Under the pieces are notes generated by a model that saw only the letters and a list, made by a program, of their open reading frames with translations, did no database searches and was not told where the DNA came from. DNA of 62,964 nucleotides, counting the filler, from Collodictyon triciliatum (Eukaryota), in NCBI GenBank assembly GCA_043381765.1. It is 13 parts of 13 records of this genome, joined end to end, with 100 filler letters (N's around TTAATTAATTAA, not from the genome) between each part and the next. Parts side by side here need not be neighbours in the genome. Positions count along the whole stretch, not along the records: positions 37,330 to 42,013 come from JBHJMP010005847.1; positions 42,114 to 46,795 come from JBHJMP010005848.1; positions 46,896 to 51,577 come from JBHJMP010005849.1; positions 51,678 to 56,359 come from JBHJMP010005850.1; 9 more parts are not named here. One strand, written 5' to 3'. Shown here piece after piece: positions 40,491-54,219 of the stretch (position 1 is the stretch's first letter; each line of letters starts with the position of its first letter). The position numbers and the translations under genes are program-made.

Positions 40491-42251
40491 CCCACTGATT
40501 TATCAATAGCCCACAATGAAGTGGGAGTTATTTCTCTTCTTGCCACCTTATTAGAGGAGGAACGAAATAAATCACCACTATGGAATAAATACAGATTTAA
40601 AACCAGGCATTGCTTTTCGGTAAAAATGATAATAATTTCGACTTCACTCGCTAGTTATGTCATTCTGTGATACGGAATGAGCCAGCAACAGCCCGTATCA
40701 ATTGGGCAATATTTTCACAGTCCTTTACAGTTTGACTGGCACCATCATGCTTCGCATGTAAGATTGATTTTTTTTTCAGTTTACAAGGTTAGTTAAAAAA
40801 AAAAAAAGACTTTGTAGTTTGCTTAGTACCATGGGAACTGACGCTCGACCGTCCTCTGGATTCAGGGCCATACTTAGCTAGCGGTGAGCTATGCCTGACC
40901 GGAATATGACTTCGCTCTTTCTATTTTAGGAACATAAGCGCCCGCCTGCTCAGAATGTCTTTAGTGAGTGAAGTTCCAGCTTGGACTCTGGGGTGGCTAC
41001 TCTTGCTCCTTGTTTTCCGGTGCGATGGGATGGAAAACGATGAATGGACTATCTTTAGTGGGCGCTTACTATTGAGTTCGGCACCTATCCGAGAGTCCTT
41101 TAAGGCGAGCGGTGTTGATTACTCTACTCAGTTTCAAGGTATCGTAAGCATATGAAAATCAAGAGAGAAAAAACCCCGGTCAACCTTAGAAATAAAATTG
41201 AGGTGAAAAGGATGTCAGCTAAATGCGTCTGATTAGAGCCAGTGCCCCCAACCAATCGCTTGTGGGCCAGAACAAAAATGAACAAAAAAAAAAAATACGT
41301 CAACTTTGGCCCGATGACTTCCGAACAGGGTTGCAAGGGCACAACGAGGATAGGCGCATAAGAATACCTTAGGGAGTATCAGAGAAGGACGGGGGAGCAA
41401 GGAAGGCTGAAGGGCGATGGAAGCCTATGGCTTCACATCATATCATACCACTGCACGTAAGCCATTTGTTAAATTTGTTATTTTACACCCAAGTAGGCGT
41501 TCATTATCCTTTGGTTATGATATTGCTAAATATTCCAGTTATAGAAAAACAAAATATTTGGAAAACAAAATTTCTCACTGTCATCCTCTTAAGTATTTTA
41601 TAAGTGGATACTATAGACTACAGATATTTAAAAGCTACATTTGCCCAATGTAAGCTGCAATATGTAAGATTCATATTATATATAACATAAATAATATATA
41701 TATATGTATAAAATCATTGCTTTTTTTCCAGTTAGGGCGCGTTTAATTTTCAATCAATTTCAATTTTTTAGAATATTTTCTATGTATCTTCCAGCCCTAT
41801 TTTTTTTAACCCAGTTCGGAGATCAATAAGAGTCCACAAGAAACCCACCAGCGCACAACAAACCTGCTGTCAATCAACTCGCTCGGCTCTGCCAACCACG
41901 GCAAAGGACTCGCAGAAAACAAAACAAAACAAAACAAAACAAAACAAAACAAAACAAAACAAAACAAAACAAAACAAAACAAAACAAAACAAAACAAAAC
42001 AAAACAAAACAAANNNNNNNNNNNNNNNNNNNNNNNNNNNNNNNNNNNNNNNNNNNNTTAATTAATTAANNNNNNNNNNNNNNNNNNNNNNNNNNNNNNN
42101 NNNNNNNNNNNNNTTGTTTGTTTGTTTGTTTGTTTGTTTGTTTGTTTGTTTGTTTGTTTGTTTGTTTGTTTGTTTGTTTGTTTGTTTGTTTGTTTGTTTG
42201 TTTATTTATTTATTTATTTATTCGAGAAAAGCGATCGATCTAGCAATAAAC

Positions 42252-42988
42252 TTTCCTTATGGAGGCCTCTTTATGAACCTCATAATTTCGCTTTAGAGGC
42301 CGCTGGGGATGTGGAATGATCCAAAGGAACCTCCATAAACATTCTACCGCGTCAACACAACAAACGCAGTGGTATGTTGGGAATGTGGAGACCCTGTAAG
42401 AGAAGGAGGGAACGAAGGAAGGAAGGAATGATGGAAAGGATTATCTTCCCTGCCACATGACTTTCTCTTGCCCCGCCGTAACGCGACCTGTGGAAATGGC
42501 CATCAGAGGCGGCTTTTGTCGCCGTGTGTCTCGAAACCTTTTTCCGCAGTCGGTTTGCGGGACTCGAAGTAATGATCTTCACTCGCCCGCCTTCTGTCAG
42601 GTTGTGGGTGTCTGGCGAAAGGGAAGAATAAAATTTTGTCGCGCAACCAAGAAAAAAGCGTGACCACTATTTGCACCACCGCGTCTCTGTGCCGAGTTTA
42701 TTCCTTTCGAGGATTCTATTCTCTTAAATTTGCAACGGGTGACAAAAGATTCTGTGACTTGTGGCTGCATGATTAATAAATATATATCATAATTAATATT
42801 TATATAATATAATATAATTATGTATATTCGGGTAAATTTAATCATTATATATTATAGATATTATATTATAATAAAATCCGCATTTAAGACATTTCTACAA
42901 AAGTTCTACTTTTGATATTTCGGGGTGGGTCTGTCGATTTTGGAAGGCATCGCGGTAACCGCGCGTTCATAACATACTTGCTGGCCAT
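42252..42988 (-). CDS. Hypothetical basic spliced protein (orphan), truncated at linker
   Basis: Four GT-AG exons can be joined in consistent phase: MASKYVMNARLPRCLPKSTDPPRNIK|KSSKG...ANS|DTHNLTEGGRVK...HFHR|VSTFPTYHCVCC...SIRK. No recognisable homology. Confidence 0.3.
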
Positions 42989-43485
42989 CCCACGAAAGAA
43001 GCAAAAAAGAAGCAAAAAAGAAACGAAAAAGAAACGAAAAAGAAACAAAAAAAAAGAAACGAAAAAGAAACGAAAAAGAAACGAAAAAGAAACGAAAAAG
43101 AAACAAAAAAAGAAACAAAAAAAGAAACAAAAAAGAAACAAAAAAGAAAAAAAAAAGAAACAAAAAAGAAACAAAAAAGAAACAAAAAAGAAACAAAAAA
43201 GAAACAAAAAAGAAACAAAAAAGAAACAGAAAAGAAACAGAAAAGAAACAAAAAAGACACGGAAAAGACACGGAAAAGAAACAGAAAAGAAACAGAAAAG
43301 AAACAAAAAAGAAACAAAAAAAAAGAAACAAAAAAGAAACAAAAAAGAAACAAAAAGAGGAACAAAAAAGAAACAGAAAAGAAACAAAAGAACGGGATTC
43401 TTTCAAACAGCGTGTGCTATGTACATAAAAGGAAAAAAACATAAAAAGAACTGCTGTTCACACAAACTCGAATCCAGCCCTAAGG

Positions 43486-46400
43486 ATGCGCGCTGTACTC
43501 GTGAGAGAGCTGACAACCCCGGACAAACTTGTTGTTGAGCAGGTTTCTATCCCAACACAAAGGCATATAGTAAAGAAGTAACCCGTTATGTTCCCTTATA
43601 GTTTATTATTTAACGAACATGTGAGTTGCATACATGACTATAGTTATTTTTGAAAAAAAAGCGTCATTTAGTAGAAACATAAAAAGTTAATAAAGAATAC
43701 ATTAATATGTTCGGCTTTATTCTCTTCCGTCCCTTTTGATTTTTGTGACTATTTATGTATTAATTTACCTTCTTATCTATCTATATTATTGTCGCTTGGG
43801 AAGGTTGAGAACCCTAAAGTCGAAGGTGTCATCGTCGGTGTGGAGATTCGAGCATCCGCTTGCAATTTCTTTGATATTCTGCAAGTTCAGGCATAATTTT
43901 ATTTCTATTAAATAAGGATTAAATATAGAAGAAGAAGAAAAAAAGAATTTTTTGTAAGGATGTTAAGTCTGCTGTGGATAAAAGGAACTCCTGAAACATG
44001 CACAAATTTGCTCGTATATCAGATTTCTCGGTTTTTTTTTAATGTAGACTAGCATTCTTGGTTTCTTTTAAAGATAGAAAAATTCATCGTATTTTTGAAT
44101 ATATGTAGAGTCATGTCGCAAGTATTTTTTTGCTTAATTTACATGTAAAAACATAAGCTAGAGTGTATGTTACATTTCCTCTTGTATTCTTTCTCTTTCT
44201 CTCTCTCTCTTTCTCTCTCTCTCTTTCTTTCTCTCTCTTTCTTTCTCTCTCTTTCTCTTTCTTTCTCTTTCTTTCTCTTTCTTTCTCTTTCTTTCTCTTT
44301 CTTTCTCTTTCTTTCTCTTTCTTTCTCTTTCTTTCTCTTTCTTTCTCTTTCTTCTCTTTCTTCTCTTTCTTCTCTTCTCTTTCTCATACTCGATATACCT
44401 CCTCATGTTAATATAGAAAACCTTAGAGGTTCTGCTCTTATCTAATCAAGAGGATATGTCCTCAATTTTTCCTCTCATCATTAACTTCAACTCTGACTTT
44501 GGCCTTGTGCAGTCCATAAAAATATTCCTGTTCATGTACAATTATTTTAATACGCGATAACATCACCAGGGAAAGTATCAACACCAGCCCCCGCTTCCTT
44601 TCACACCAGGAGCTGAAATCGCTGGCGTTGTTTATGAGGTATAATATGATATAATGATCCCATGTTTGCTTGCATATTCATTGATATGTTTATTTTCTTT
44701 CTTATGACAATTAGACGACTCACACTTACCTTATTCATTCTCATCGCCTCAAGATTGGAGAAGATGTAAGTGAATTCAAAGTTGGTGATAGAGTCTTTGG
44801 AGCGATTCCATATGGCGGATATGCTGGTTCGTGTGAACAAGCATGATCACTATTTCCTTATTATCTCCTTTTTTTTTTTTTTTTTTGTATTTATGTTTAA
44901 ATAAAATCCATGGCATATATGTAACCAAGTCCTTTATTGTCATTCCCATCTCAATTTTTTTTAAAAGATAATAATAATCAATCGGTCTACAGAGAAAGCT
45001 GCTATCCCCGCTTCTCTGCTACAGAAGATACCTGATGGGATGAGTTTTGAAGAGGCTGCATGTCTTCCTGTCACTTATCCAACTTCATACGCCGCTTTGG
45101 TTTTGCGAGCTAATTTGAAAGTAATCAACAGCCATACCTTTGATACCGTGTGAATTTCAAGATACTCTGTCAATAGTTTATTGACCAATCTCAAAGGCAG
45201 GTGAAACCCTCCTTGTTCATGCAGCAGCTGGTGGTGTGGGTATAGCTGCTGTTCAAATAGGAAAAGTAAAACTTATATTTTATATTGCCGAAATAAAAGG
45301 AGCCCAGTACATTCTGATTCTTATGAGTCTGAAGTGCATGGGTTGGAGACCCATGAACAATATTTGTAAATTAATTCGCTATTTGATATAATGTTTGGAA
45401 CATATTAATATTGTCATCATGTACAGGCTCTTGGTGCCCGTGTGATCGCGTGTGCTGGTTCGGATGACAAGCTGGACATCGCAAAAAAGAACGGGGCACA
45501 TCACCTTGTCAATACATCAAAGGTTGGGTCTATAGCCATAATATTCTATTACTATTTTTTCATTTTTCTTAACATCATTCGGTTCCATCTTTCAATTTAC
45601 TTTTGTTAGGATTTATGTTTCGCTTTCTTTTTCTTTTTTTGATAATGTTAATTGTTCTGGGAACTTTCCAGGGTAATTGGGTTGATGAAGTCAATGAGTT
45701 GACCGATGGGCAGGGTGCTGATGTTATTTACGACCCAGTTGGTGGAGATTACTTTGATAAATCACTGCGCTGTATCGCCTGGAATGGACGGTATTGATTA
45801 TCTATTGTGACACAACATGAGTTTATAGCTCAAATCCGCACAATGAATTATATTTTTCTGTATCTATTTTTATTGTTATCGTATTTCTGTTAAATTTTTA
45901 TTAGTATTTCTGTTTTTATTTCTTTTCTATTACTATTACCATTACCATTACCATCATATTTTCCTTTCTTTTTCTAATTTTTTCGTTACATTATTTTCTT
46001 TCATATAAAACGAGAACAAAAAGAGGCATAATTGGATATCTTCGTTTTAATTTAGTATTTAATAAACTTCGTCGCGTCTCAAAACCCGTAGTATTCTTGT
46101 AATTGGGTTTGCAAGTGGATCAATCCCTAATCTAAAAATCAATCGTGTCTTGCTCAAGAATATCAGTGTTGTCGGACTGCATTGGTTTGTACCGCATAGA
46201 CACCCATCTAATCAGAAAAGAAGAGGAAAACTTATACCAACTACGCCACAGAAATCAATCCCTCTTTTCTTCTTTTTCTCTTTTTTTCTTACTAGAACGG
46301 CATAGGTCATATTGCATTTCTGTGTTTCTGTGTTGGACGGCCTTTAAAATAACCGCACTATCTCATATCATCCCACTGTTTAGTTTGGATATAACTGATC

Positions 46401-46614
46401 TTTACACTAAAGGGGCGCATACATGACCAAGGAGCCCGAGCGAATCCCCGAAGTGTGGAGTGGGATATTCAATCTCTACAAGGAAGGAAAGCTTCGTCCG
46501 GTTATTTACAAACAATACACCCTCGAGCAACTTTCTGCGGCATTGGGCGAACTTGGAACCCGCAAAACATACGGCAAAGCCATCGTGCTTCCCCAACTCA
46601 AGAGCAAATTATAA
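43486..46614 (+). CDS. NADPH:quinone oxidoreductase (zeta-crystallin/MDR family)
   Basis: MRAVLV...ACNFFDILQVQGKYQHQPPLPFTPGAEIAG...GGYAE...FEEAACLPVTYPTSY...LLVHAAAGGVGIAAVQIGK...GADVIYDPVGG...IAWNGRILVIGFASG...NRVLLKN...TYGKAIV; TAA at 46614. Confidence 0.95.
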
Positions 46615-46895
46615 ACGACCCAGACGCTTTAGATGAAAACGTTTTCTGTGGAGAATAATATGGAAGTGTTTGCTCCTTTTTTTTTCTTTTTACAATAAAA
46701 AGCAAACAAACAAACAAACAAACAAACAAACAAACAAACAAACAAACAAACAAACAAACAAACAAACAAACAAACAAACAAACAAACAAACAAACNNNNN
46801 NNNNNNNNNNNNNNNNNNNNNNNNNNNNNNNNNNNNNNNTTAATTAATTAANNNNNNNNNNNNNNNNNNNNNNNNNNNNNNNNNNNNNNNNNNNN

Positions 46896-46939
<44 letters not shown>

Positions 46940-47025
46940 ATAAAAAAAAAAAAAAAAAAAAAAAAAAGAAAAGATCTGGCCAAAAAAAAGGAAAAGGAAA
47001 AGCGTCAGTGTTTCTTCTGTGGCGA

Positions 47026-50000
47026 ATGTCCCAACGACGCCGGACTTCGCCATTCTCCTCGAGCGGACCGCAACGCACGATGCCGACCGCAGTGATGCCA
47101 CTGCCACGCGTGGTTCTGGTGAAAGTGAAGGACGGACTCTTTCTCGGGAATCGCGAATCTTCGCTTCAGGCGCCGTTTGTCTTTGCAAACAAAGTCGCCG
47201 TGATCATCAACTGTGCCGGAAACCAAGTGCTCAATCGCTTCGAGTTGAACGGGATCCGCTACTTGACTTTCTACTGGAAGGACACAGACACAGCCATCGT
47301 GCTTGACAGCAAAGTGAGTCCATGATTCATCCTTATCTCTACAGTCATGTTCAAAGCGGGCGCATAATCATCGCATTTTATTTTAATACATGACGGTGTG
47401 ATTGGAGTTCTTTGTGAGATATCAGTTGTGGAGCTCAGAAAAAATGTCTTAAAGGCGGGGGAAAAAAAAAGCAAAATAATTGAAGCATACACGAATCAAA
47501 ACCGCCAAATGTCTCATATTTTCTTCTTCTCCTTTCTACTCGAATACGGAGGCTACCATAAATGCAACACGGGATTCACTCGTTTTCCCCTTTTTTCTTC
47601 CTCCTCCGATAGGATAAAGCTATTGAGGAGATCGTTCAGGCTATCGATGAAGCGCACGCCATGGGTCAATCAGCACTCATAGCCTCATTCCGAGGCCAGT
47701 GTAAGTTTTAATGTGTGATAGTTACTGTTCTTGATGTCTTCACTCACTTTTGAGATGATAAGAGTACATCATGAGAGGCGTAATTCAGCAAAAGGGTTTC
47801 ATTATAAATAGAGGTATCTACACATCTTAAAATTGAATTTCTGGATCTATTCAAAGCTCGTGGGTGCTGCATCGGAATCGCATATTTGATGAAGAAATAC
47901 TCATGGACAACAGAAACAGCATATGAATTTATGCTCTCTCGACAGCCAGACATGATTATCAAACAACCATTGTTGCGACAACTGAAGGCGATGGAAGATA
48001 GGTCAGAATCACCTTCATAAATAGGAATTTTTGCTTACTTTCATCACTTTAATTGTATGAGCACTTTGTTCAAATCATAGATTAAACTTATGTGCTGACA
48101 GATTGCGAAAAGGAGGCGCACAACTTCTAACCTTTGATCATCCCTTTGACCGCAACACTGAGGACCCAGACGGGTTTATTGTGCGGATGACGGTATTTAG
48201 TGAATTGAAATACATCTCAAAAAGCATGAGCGATACTAATTCTACCACAAAACTTACACAATACCAAATTCTTGAGCGATTATTTTTTTTTCCTTAAAAA
48301 AAACAGTCGATTTGAGAGTTGCATAAAAAATCATCATACTTCCTATGCTGCAGTATGTAAATTGCCGATTACTGGAGGAGCCTGTGGCAGCCAACCACAG
48401 AATCCCTCGCGAGAGATCGAACCGAAGACACATCGCCTGGGCAGACACAGCAGGAAAGTCTCTTCTCTTGACGTGTGAGTCGTCGTTTGACAGTTCAGAC
48501 TCTGAAGACAGCTTTCATTCTCGCTCTGAAAAGGACTCAACCAACAAGAAGAAACCCGAGTCATCGCCTTGCATCAAACCAATCCTGCGGAAAACAACAA
48601 ATCTGCCAAACCCAATCACACTGCTGACTTTCAATCCAAAGAAAGTCACTCTCCCAATAGATAAGCCCGACTCACCGCTGCCAAAACCCGAGCAGAAGCG
48701 GAGTTCAACACCAACGCAATCATTGACCAGTAACGAAGCACCTTTGGACAATCTATTTATTCGGCCAAAGGCGTCCGTGACTCGACCAGCTTTAAAAGGT
48801 GCAGGAATTCTGGAAGATGACCGCTCTGGAAAGATCCAAGAGGAGCCATTTGATGAGGACGGAGCGGATGCAAACACAGCATTAGAACGCGAATCTGCAC
48901 GGAGGAACACAAATCTGGGGTCCACAGGCAGCGGAGCTTTATTTGGGAATGCGCGACGACTTTTTGAAGACAAGAAGACGAGCTCAGGCGCCGATTCATC
49001 TGCGCAACCTACGGCTTTTCATGGCCAAACGCAAGGACATTCTGCAAATCCCATGGCGTCTACAAATACACAATCATCCTCCTTAAGTTCCATACTATCC
49101 AATTCGATATCGTCGTATTCAAACCCGATACGCTCAGATACTAGCCGGAATGCATCTGCGATGAGTAGTGGGCATTCACCCAGCACGAACACAAACACAA
49201 ACACAACTGCTATTAGCTTGAGTTCATCTTCAAACTCTGGTCAACTGAATTCTCCATACCCTGGTGGATATGTTCTTAATATAAGCTCCAGCGACGCAAG
49301 CAGCCGACCGCGAGTCTCATCTGGTAATTTGCTGAAATAGAAGAAAAAAAAAGAAAAAGATAATATCCCTCATCTGACATTTAATTGCAAAGATAGAAAG
49401 ATAGAAAGATAGAAAGATAGAAAGATAGAAAGATAGAAAGATAGAAAGATAGAAAGATAGAAAGATAGAAAGATAGAAAGATAGAAAGATAGAAAGGTGA
49501 AGTAACTGATGAATAACATTGCAGCACCACCAGTCTACACACAACCCACAAACGGCAACGCCACGGCCGCATCATCATCCCTAACAAATGGGCCACACTC
49601 TGTTCCTTCGTCCCCGCCACCATCGCAGCCTCTCCCCTCATCATCATCACCATCATCCACATCCACACCGACATCGTTCTTGTCTGCGCCATCATACCCA
49701 AACGCCAGCGGAGGACAAACAAGCACCACAAACACTCTCCAACAAGGCCCCAACATGCCATCGCTCTCTGCAAACCGTCGTTCCTTCTTCTCGTCCCAAT
49801 CCAACGCATTTTCCATCCGCGCTGTCGGACTCTCGACGGCAAATCCCTCACCGATGTCCGGCCCGGCCAGCGCATCGTCCACAGGCACAAGCCAAGGGGC
49901 AACGCAGGGCCCAATGCCCTCTGCAACAAACGCACTTTCCCCAGCAGCCCCAAAGAGGCCGCAGTCTGCTGACAAGAAGGGAATCCGCCGGGCAACGCCA

Positions 50001-50195
50001 AACGGGTCTGTTCATCCACAGACTCAGGGTGGGAACACGCGCCCTTGGACGACCGGGTCGATGGCTGTGCCTCGGTCGGCAGGTTATTCGCACTCGACCT
50101 TGTCCATCCCGAACCCGACCTTCAACCAAGGCGGAGGTGCAGCCGGCAGCAGAGGAGTTGGTGCGGTTGGGAGTGCGTATGGAGGACTCAAGTAG
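47026..50195 (+). CDS. Dual-specificity phosphatase-fold protein lacking the catalytic Cys, with a long Ser/Pro/Thr-rich tail
   Basis: KVKDGLFLGN...VAVIINCAG...IRYLTFYW...IDEAHAMGQSALIASFRGQ|SRGCCIGIAYLMKKYSW...QLKAME, followed by low-complexity exons at about 48355-49324 and 49525-50195. Confidence 0.85.
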
Positions 50196-50682
50196 ACAAG
50201 CCCATGCATTTCCGGCGCACAGTCGGGTACTTGTGATGGCAGTGATGTGTTGAGATTTGCGCGGCTCTGGCTGAAGCATCGCGTAAGTAACAAAAGGAAG
50301 AGTGATAGATGCGGCGATGACAAGACATCCTGTTTGTTTGTTTGTTTGTTTGTTTGTTTGTTTGTTTGTTTGCGTGCGGGCTTACTGCTTCATGAGTGCT
50401 GGCTTTTAATCTGTAATTCATACTCGTAATAAATAAATTATGCCTCTTTTCTTCTTTGGATTCTGATGCGATGAAAATCGCAGTTTCTTGTTTGAGTGCT
50501 TCTCTGGTCTTGCTTCTTTCGAGTGAATCGGTAGACATAAAGACGGGCTCTTTTTCTCAACGTTGTCCCTCTCTCTTTCGTCAAATCGTTTATTCTGGGC
50601 TGGCTATGGATGAAAAAGAAAACAAAAACAAAACAAAAACAAAAAACATGAAAGGGGCTCGTACACGAAAAATACAATCGCG

Positions 50683-51358
50683 TCAGTCTTGGCTCTTTGG
50701 ATTGGTGTTGCCCGTTCTTGTATTCTCTTCATTCAGGTTATCTGTATCCTTGTCTACTCCTTCATCATCACTGTAGCCAACAAGCGAGGAAATGGCACTG
50801 CTTGTTTTTGGCGCCAAAGCAGGCTTTTTCAACTCTTTGGCCTTCTCTGTCTGCCTCAGTTTCTCCTTTTCTGCCTTCCTCTTCAACTTTTCTGCCTCCT
50901 TTCTCTTTTCTTTCTCCTTTGCAGCCTGAGCCGCATCCTTTGGAATCACCTCAACATACACCTTTGGTCGCTTGCCCTCCGGAGCGGCTGAGACGCGTGA
51001 GTCAACAAGTGCCCCTGCATTCCCAGCAGCGTTGCTGCCCGAATCCCAGATAGCATCTGTTGGAGCCACAGACTTCTTTGCAGCCTCGGCTGCCGCTTTC
51101 TGCTCCATGATGAGCTGGTACCAAAAAAGAAAGAGATGGTATCAGGCGAGGGCAAGAGGAAAAACTCAAGAGGTTGGTCCCATTCATGGGTGCGGTGCAC
51201 TCTAGGCACAGATGTTCATCATTCAAATACCAATCAGATAGGTTCGGATACCTTACACCGCTCGTATTCTGCTTGTTCGCTCTTCATTTGTTGAATCTCC
51301 TTCTTTCGGCGAGCCTGAATTGAAAGGCTTTGGTACCATCCATCATCGTTTTGCCCGC
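50683..51358 (-). CDS. 3' part of a charged coiled-coil protein, possibly FAM192A/NIP30-like
   Basis: Exons GQNDDGWYQSLSIQARRKKEIQQMKSEQAEYERCK|LIMEQKAAAEAAKK...SSLVGYSDDE. The family assignment is tentative. Confidence 0.45.
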
Positions 51359-54219
51359 CTGTGGAGTGTAACACAAGCGATAAATATAATAAAAATGGTA
51401 TATAAAAACAAGTATAAAAACAAGTATAAAAACAAGTATAAAAACAAGTATAAAAACAAGTATAAAAACAAGTATAAAAACAAGTATAAAAACAAGTATA
51501 AAAACAAGTATAAAAACAAGTGTAAAAAGAGAGAGAAAAAGAGAAGAAAAGAGAAGAAAAGAGAAGAAAAGAGAAGANNNNNNNNNNNNNNNNNNNNNNN
51601 NNNNNNNNNNNNNNNNNNNNNTTAATTAATTAANNNNNNNNNNNNNNNNNNNNNNNNNNNNNNNNNNNNNNNNNNNNTGGATGTATGTATGTATGTAGGA
51701 ATGTATGTATGTATGTATGTATGTATGTATGTATGTATGTATGTATGTATGTATGTATGTATGTATGTATGTATGTATGTATGTATGTATGTATGTATGT
51801 ATGTGTGCGTGGTGAATAAAAATAAATGAATCATTCTATAATCAACCGAGTTATACGAACATATTTTAAAATTTAAAATATTTGATTCATATATTTGAAT
51901 GATGGTAATCGTAAAAATTAAAAAAAATTGCGTGAATGGTCTATCAAATTCTTGGTTAGCCGATGCTGCACAGAAAAACATATCAAATATCGTCTTTTCA
52001 CCTGCGATTAATTTGGTGTTGGAAGGGGAGGTTTGGGTTCGTTGGATTTGATTAATCGACATCTAAATAATCAAGGAAGTAAATTGAACTAATTTAAGCA
52101 AAATTTATAATGATTAATCATCAAATGAATTTATTTATTGAGCGGTAAACTTACAAATCATTTTCACTTGGAGAAACGAACAAGGTCTAGATAGATGAGG
52201 GGTGTGGGCGTGAAGCAGTGGTACGAAGACTATAGGCCTGACAAGGGGAAGGGGGTTGATGTATTATTTAGCGACAAACTAGTTTTAGCGAGGATATGAC
52301 ATATGTTTTCCGGTTTGCATAAATTAATGGTACGTATGTTAATGGCTTCGTTTTTTATAAAAAAAAAATAATCATAATTGATACAAGAATATGTATTCAA
52401 TTAATTAAAACATAGTATAAAATACGGACATCAATATTCTGCAGATAACAAAGCCTTTTTTAGTAGATACATCATGTAATGAGTTTTCATAAATTCGTTA
52501 ATAGAGCGATACGTAATAATATTATTGATAAACAAACGACGTAGTTATGTAGATGGTGCAGACAGACATTTCATCTTGATTAACTTAATTAGCAAATATA
52601 AGCAGGGACGATTATATTCATCGTTAATATAAAATGTTGATGACATACATACAATACAAAGTTAAATATATAGAGTTAATAATAAAGTAACTAACATGGA
52701 CAAAATCTGATGGTACTTAACTTTATAAATTTTCCGCTATTATCGTTAGTAATAGTTTTGCCTGTGAAATTTGATTAATTAGAAGTTAATTCGAATCTGT
52801 TTATGTTTTGTCTTTTGTTGTAAATAGGTCATGTTTTCAAATTAGACAAAGTCTCCTTATCTCAAAAGGATATATGTTGACCTTCAATAACAGAAATTTA
52901 CAAATAATATTATGATTTATATGATGAATGACTGGACAAAGATATACTCACCCCCATACATAAAACAACCCAAAACCCTCACCGTACGCTGTTAGACCTT
53001 TACTTCATAACATCGGGAAAACTAAGAGCCATCAATCCACCACCTCTCCCTCTTATCCAAGTAATAGATCAAAACAGTTCCCTTAGCCGCGGATTTTGTC
53101 TTTCCCCTCTCCTCCCCTTCAATGTTCAATCCTATCTGAGTTTCATCGATGACTTGAGTTCGAATAGCTTTCGATTAAGAATGAATAAAATATTATGTAT
53201 GGTATATTGAATAAAATAATGTGATTTTCGTATTGGTCCTTGAAGTCGACTAGCCAGGTTGAACCATTTATCGAAAAAAAACCTTTGCCATAGAATGAAT
53301 TAATTAATATTTTTCATATTTAATTTTTATGCATTTATACTTCAAATGTGTGCGTATTTGATTTTCTGTCGTTCCACATCAATCATATGATCAATTTTCA
53401 GTCATATAAAATTGAAACTTTATCTCAATTTTAAATTATGATGATAACTAAAAAAAGAAACTTACAGTTGAAAAACAATACCCGATGAAATTGACCGAAA
53501 ACATATTGTTCCATCAGAATGCTGGAAGAAATCTGGCTTAAAGATTTCACTCTCTTTTGAAATGTTCTGAAATTCATAATTATGTGATCTTTTCATGTAA
53601 TTTTTTTTAACTTATTAGAATACAAGCTTTAAAATGTAGAAGTGTTATTATTATTATTATTATTATTTTTTTTAAAAAAAGGATTAATAGGTTCAACTTA
53701 CAATAAGGCTTGTTTATGATAAAAAAAAAATACGAGTGTGAAGTCCCTTGTGCGATGAGATAATTAAAAATGAGCCCTTCTTGCAAGTTTGTGAGATGCA
53801 TTATAAAAAGCACTCGCTAGAGTCCACCCTGAGATATCATTACATTATTCCAGAAGCCAGAATTTCGTATGATTAAAAATATCTCTGTTTTATTTCTATG
53901 AAAAATCATTTAATATCGTTACATTCAATTACACTTATTTTTCTGACTTGATTTCTTTAAATTCCTGCATCATATAATAGTATGTATGCTCTGTGGAGAG
54001 TAATTGTAAGAAATTGTTAAGATAAAAAGAATCGGACTCTATCACTTATTTAGAATCATAAAATCAACATTCATGTAAAGTTATGCAAATTGTTTCATAC
54101 TTGAATCTGGGTAATTGAAGTATGATTTTGTGATTTTAACTGACGTGTTGAACGAACGACTATCTCCGTACAATTATAATTGATAATTGTTCTCTGGACA
54201 GTTACAAGGGGATCTATGC

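Noticed and set aside
40866-40890. ATACTTAGCT as the 5' end of U1 snRNA
   Set aside because: It mismatches ACTTACCTG and lacks the U1-70K and U1A loops.
40830-41130. Stop-codon reassignment suggested by in-frame TAA/TAG
   Set aside because: Conserved genes here end in TAA, TAG and TGA and have no internal stops.
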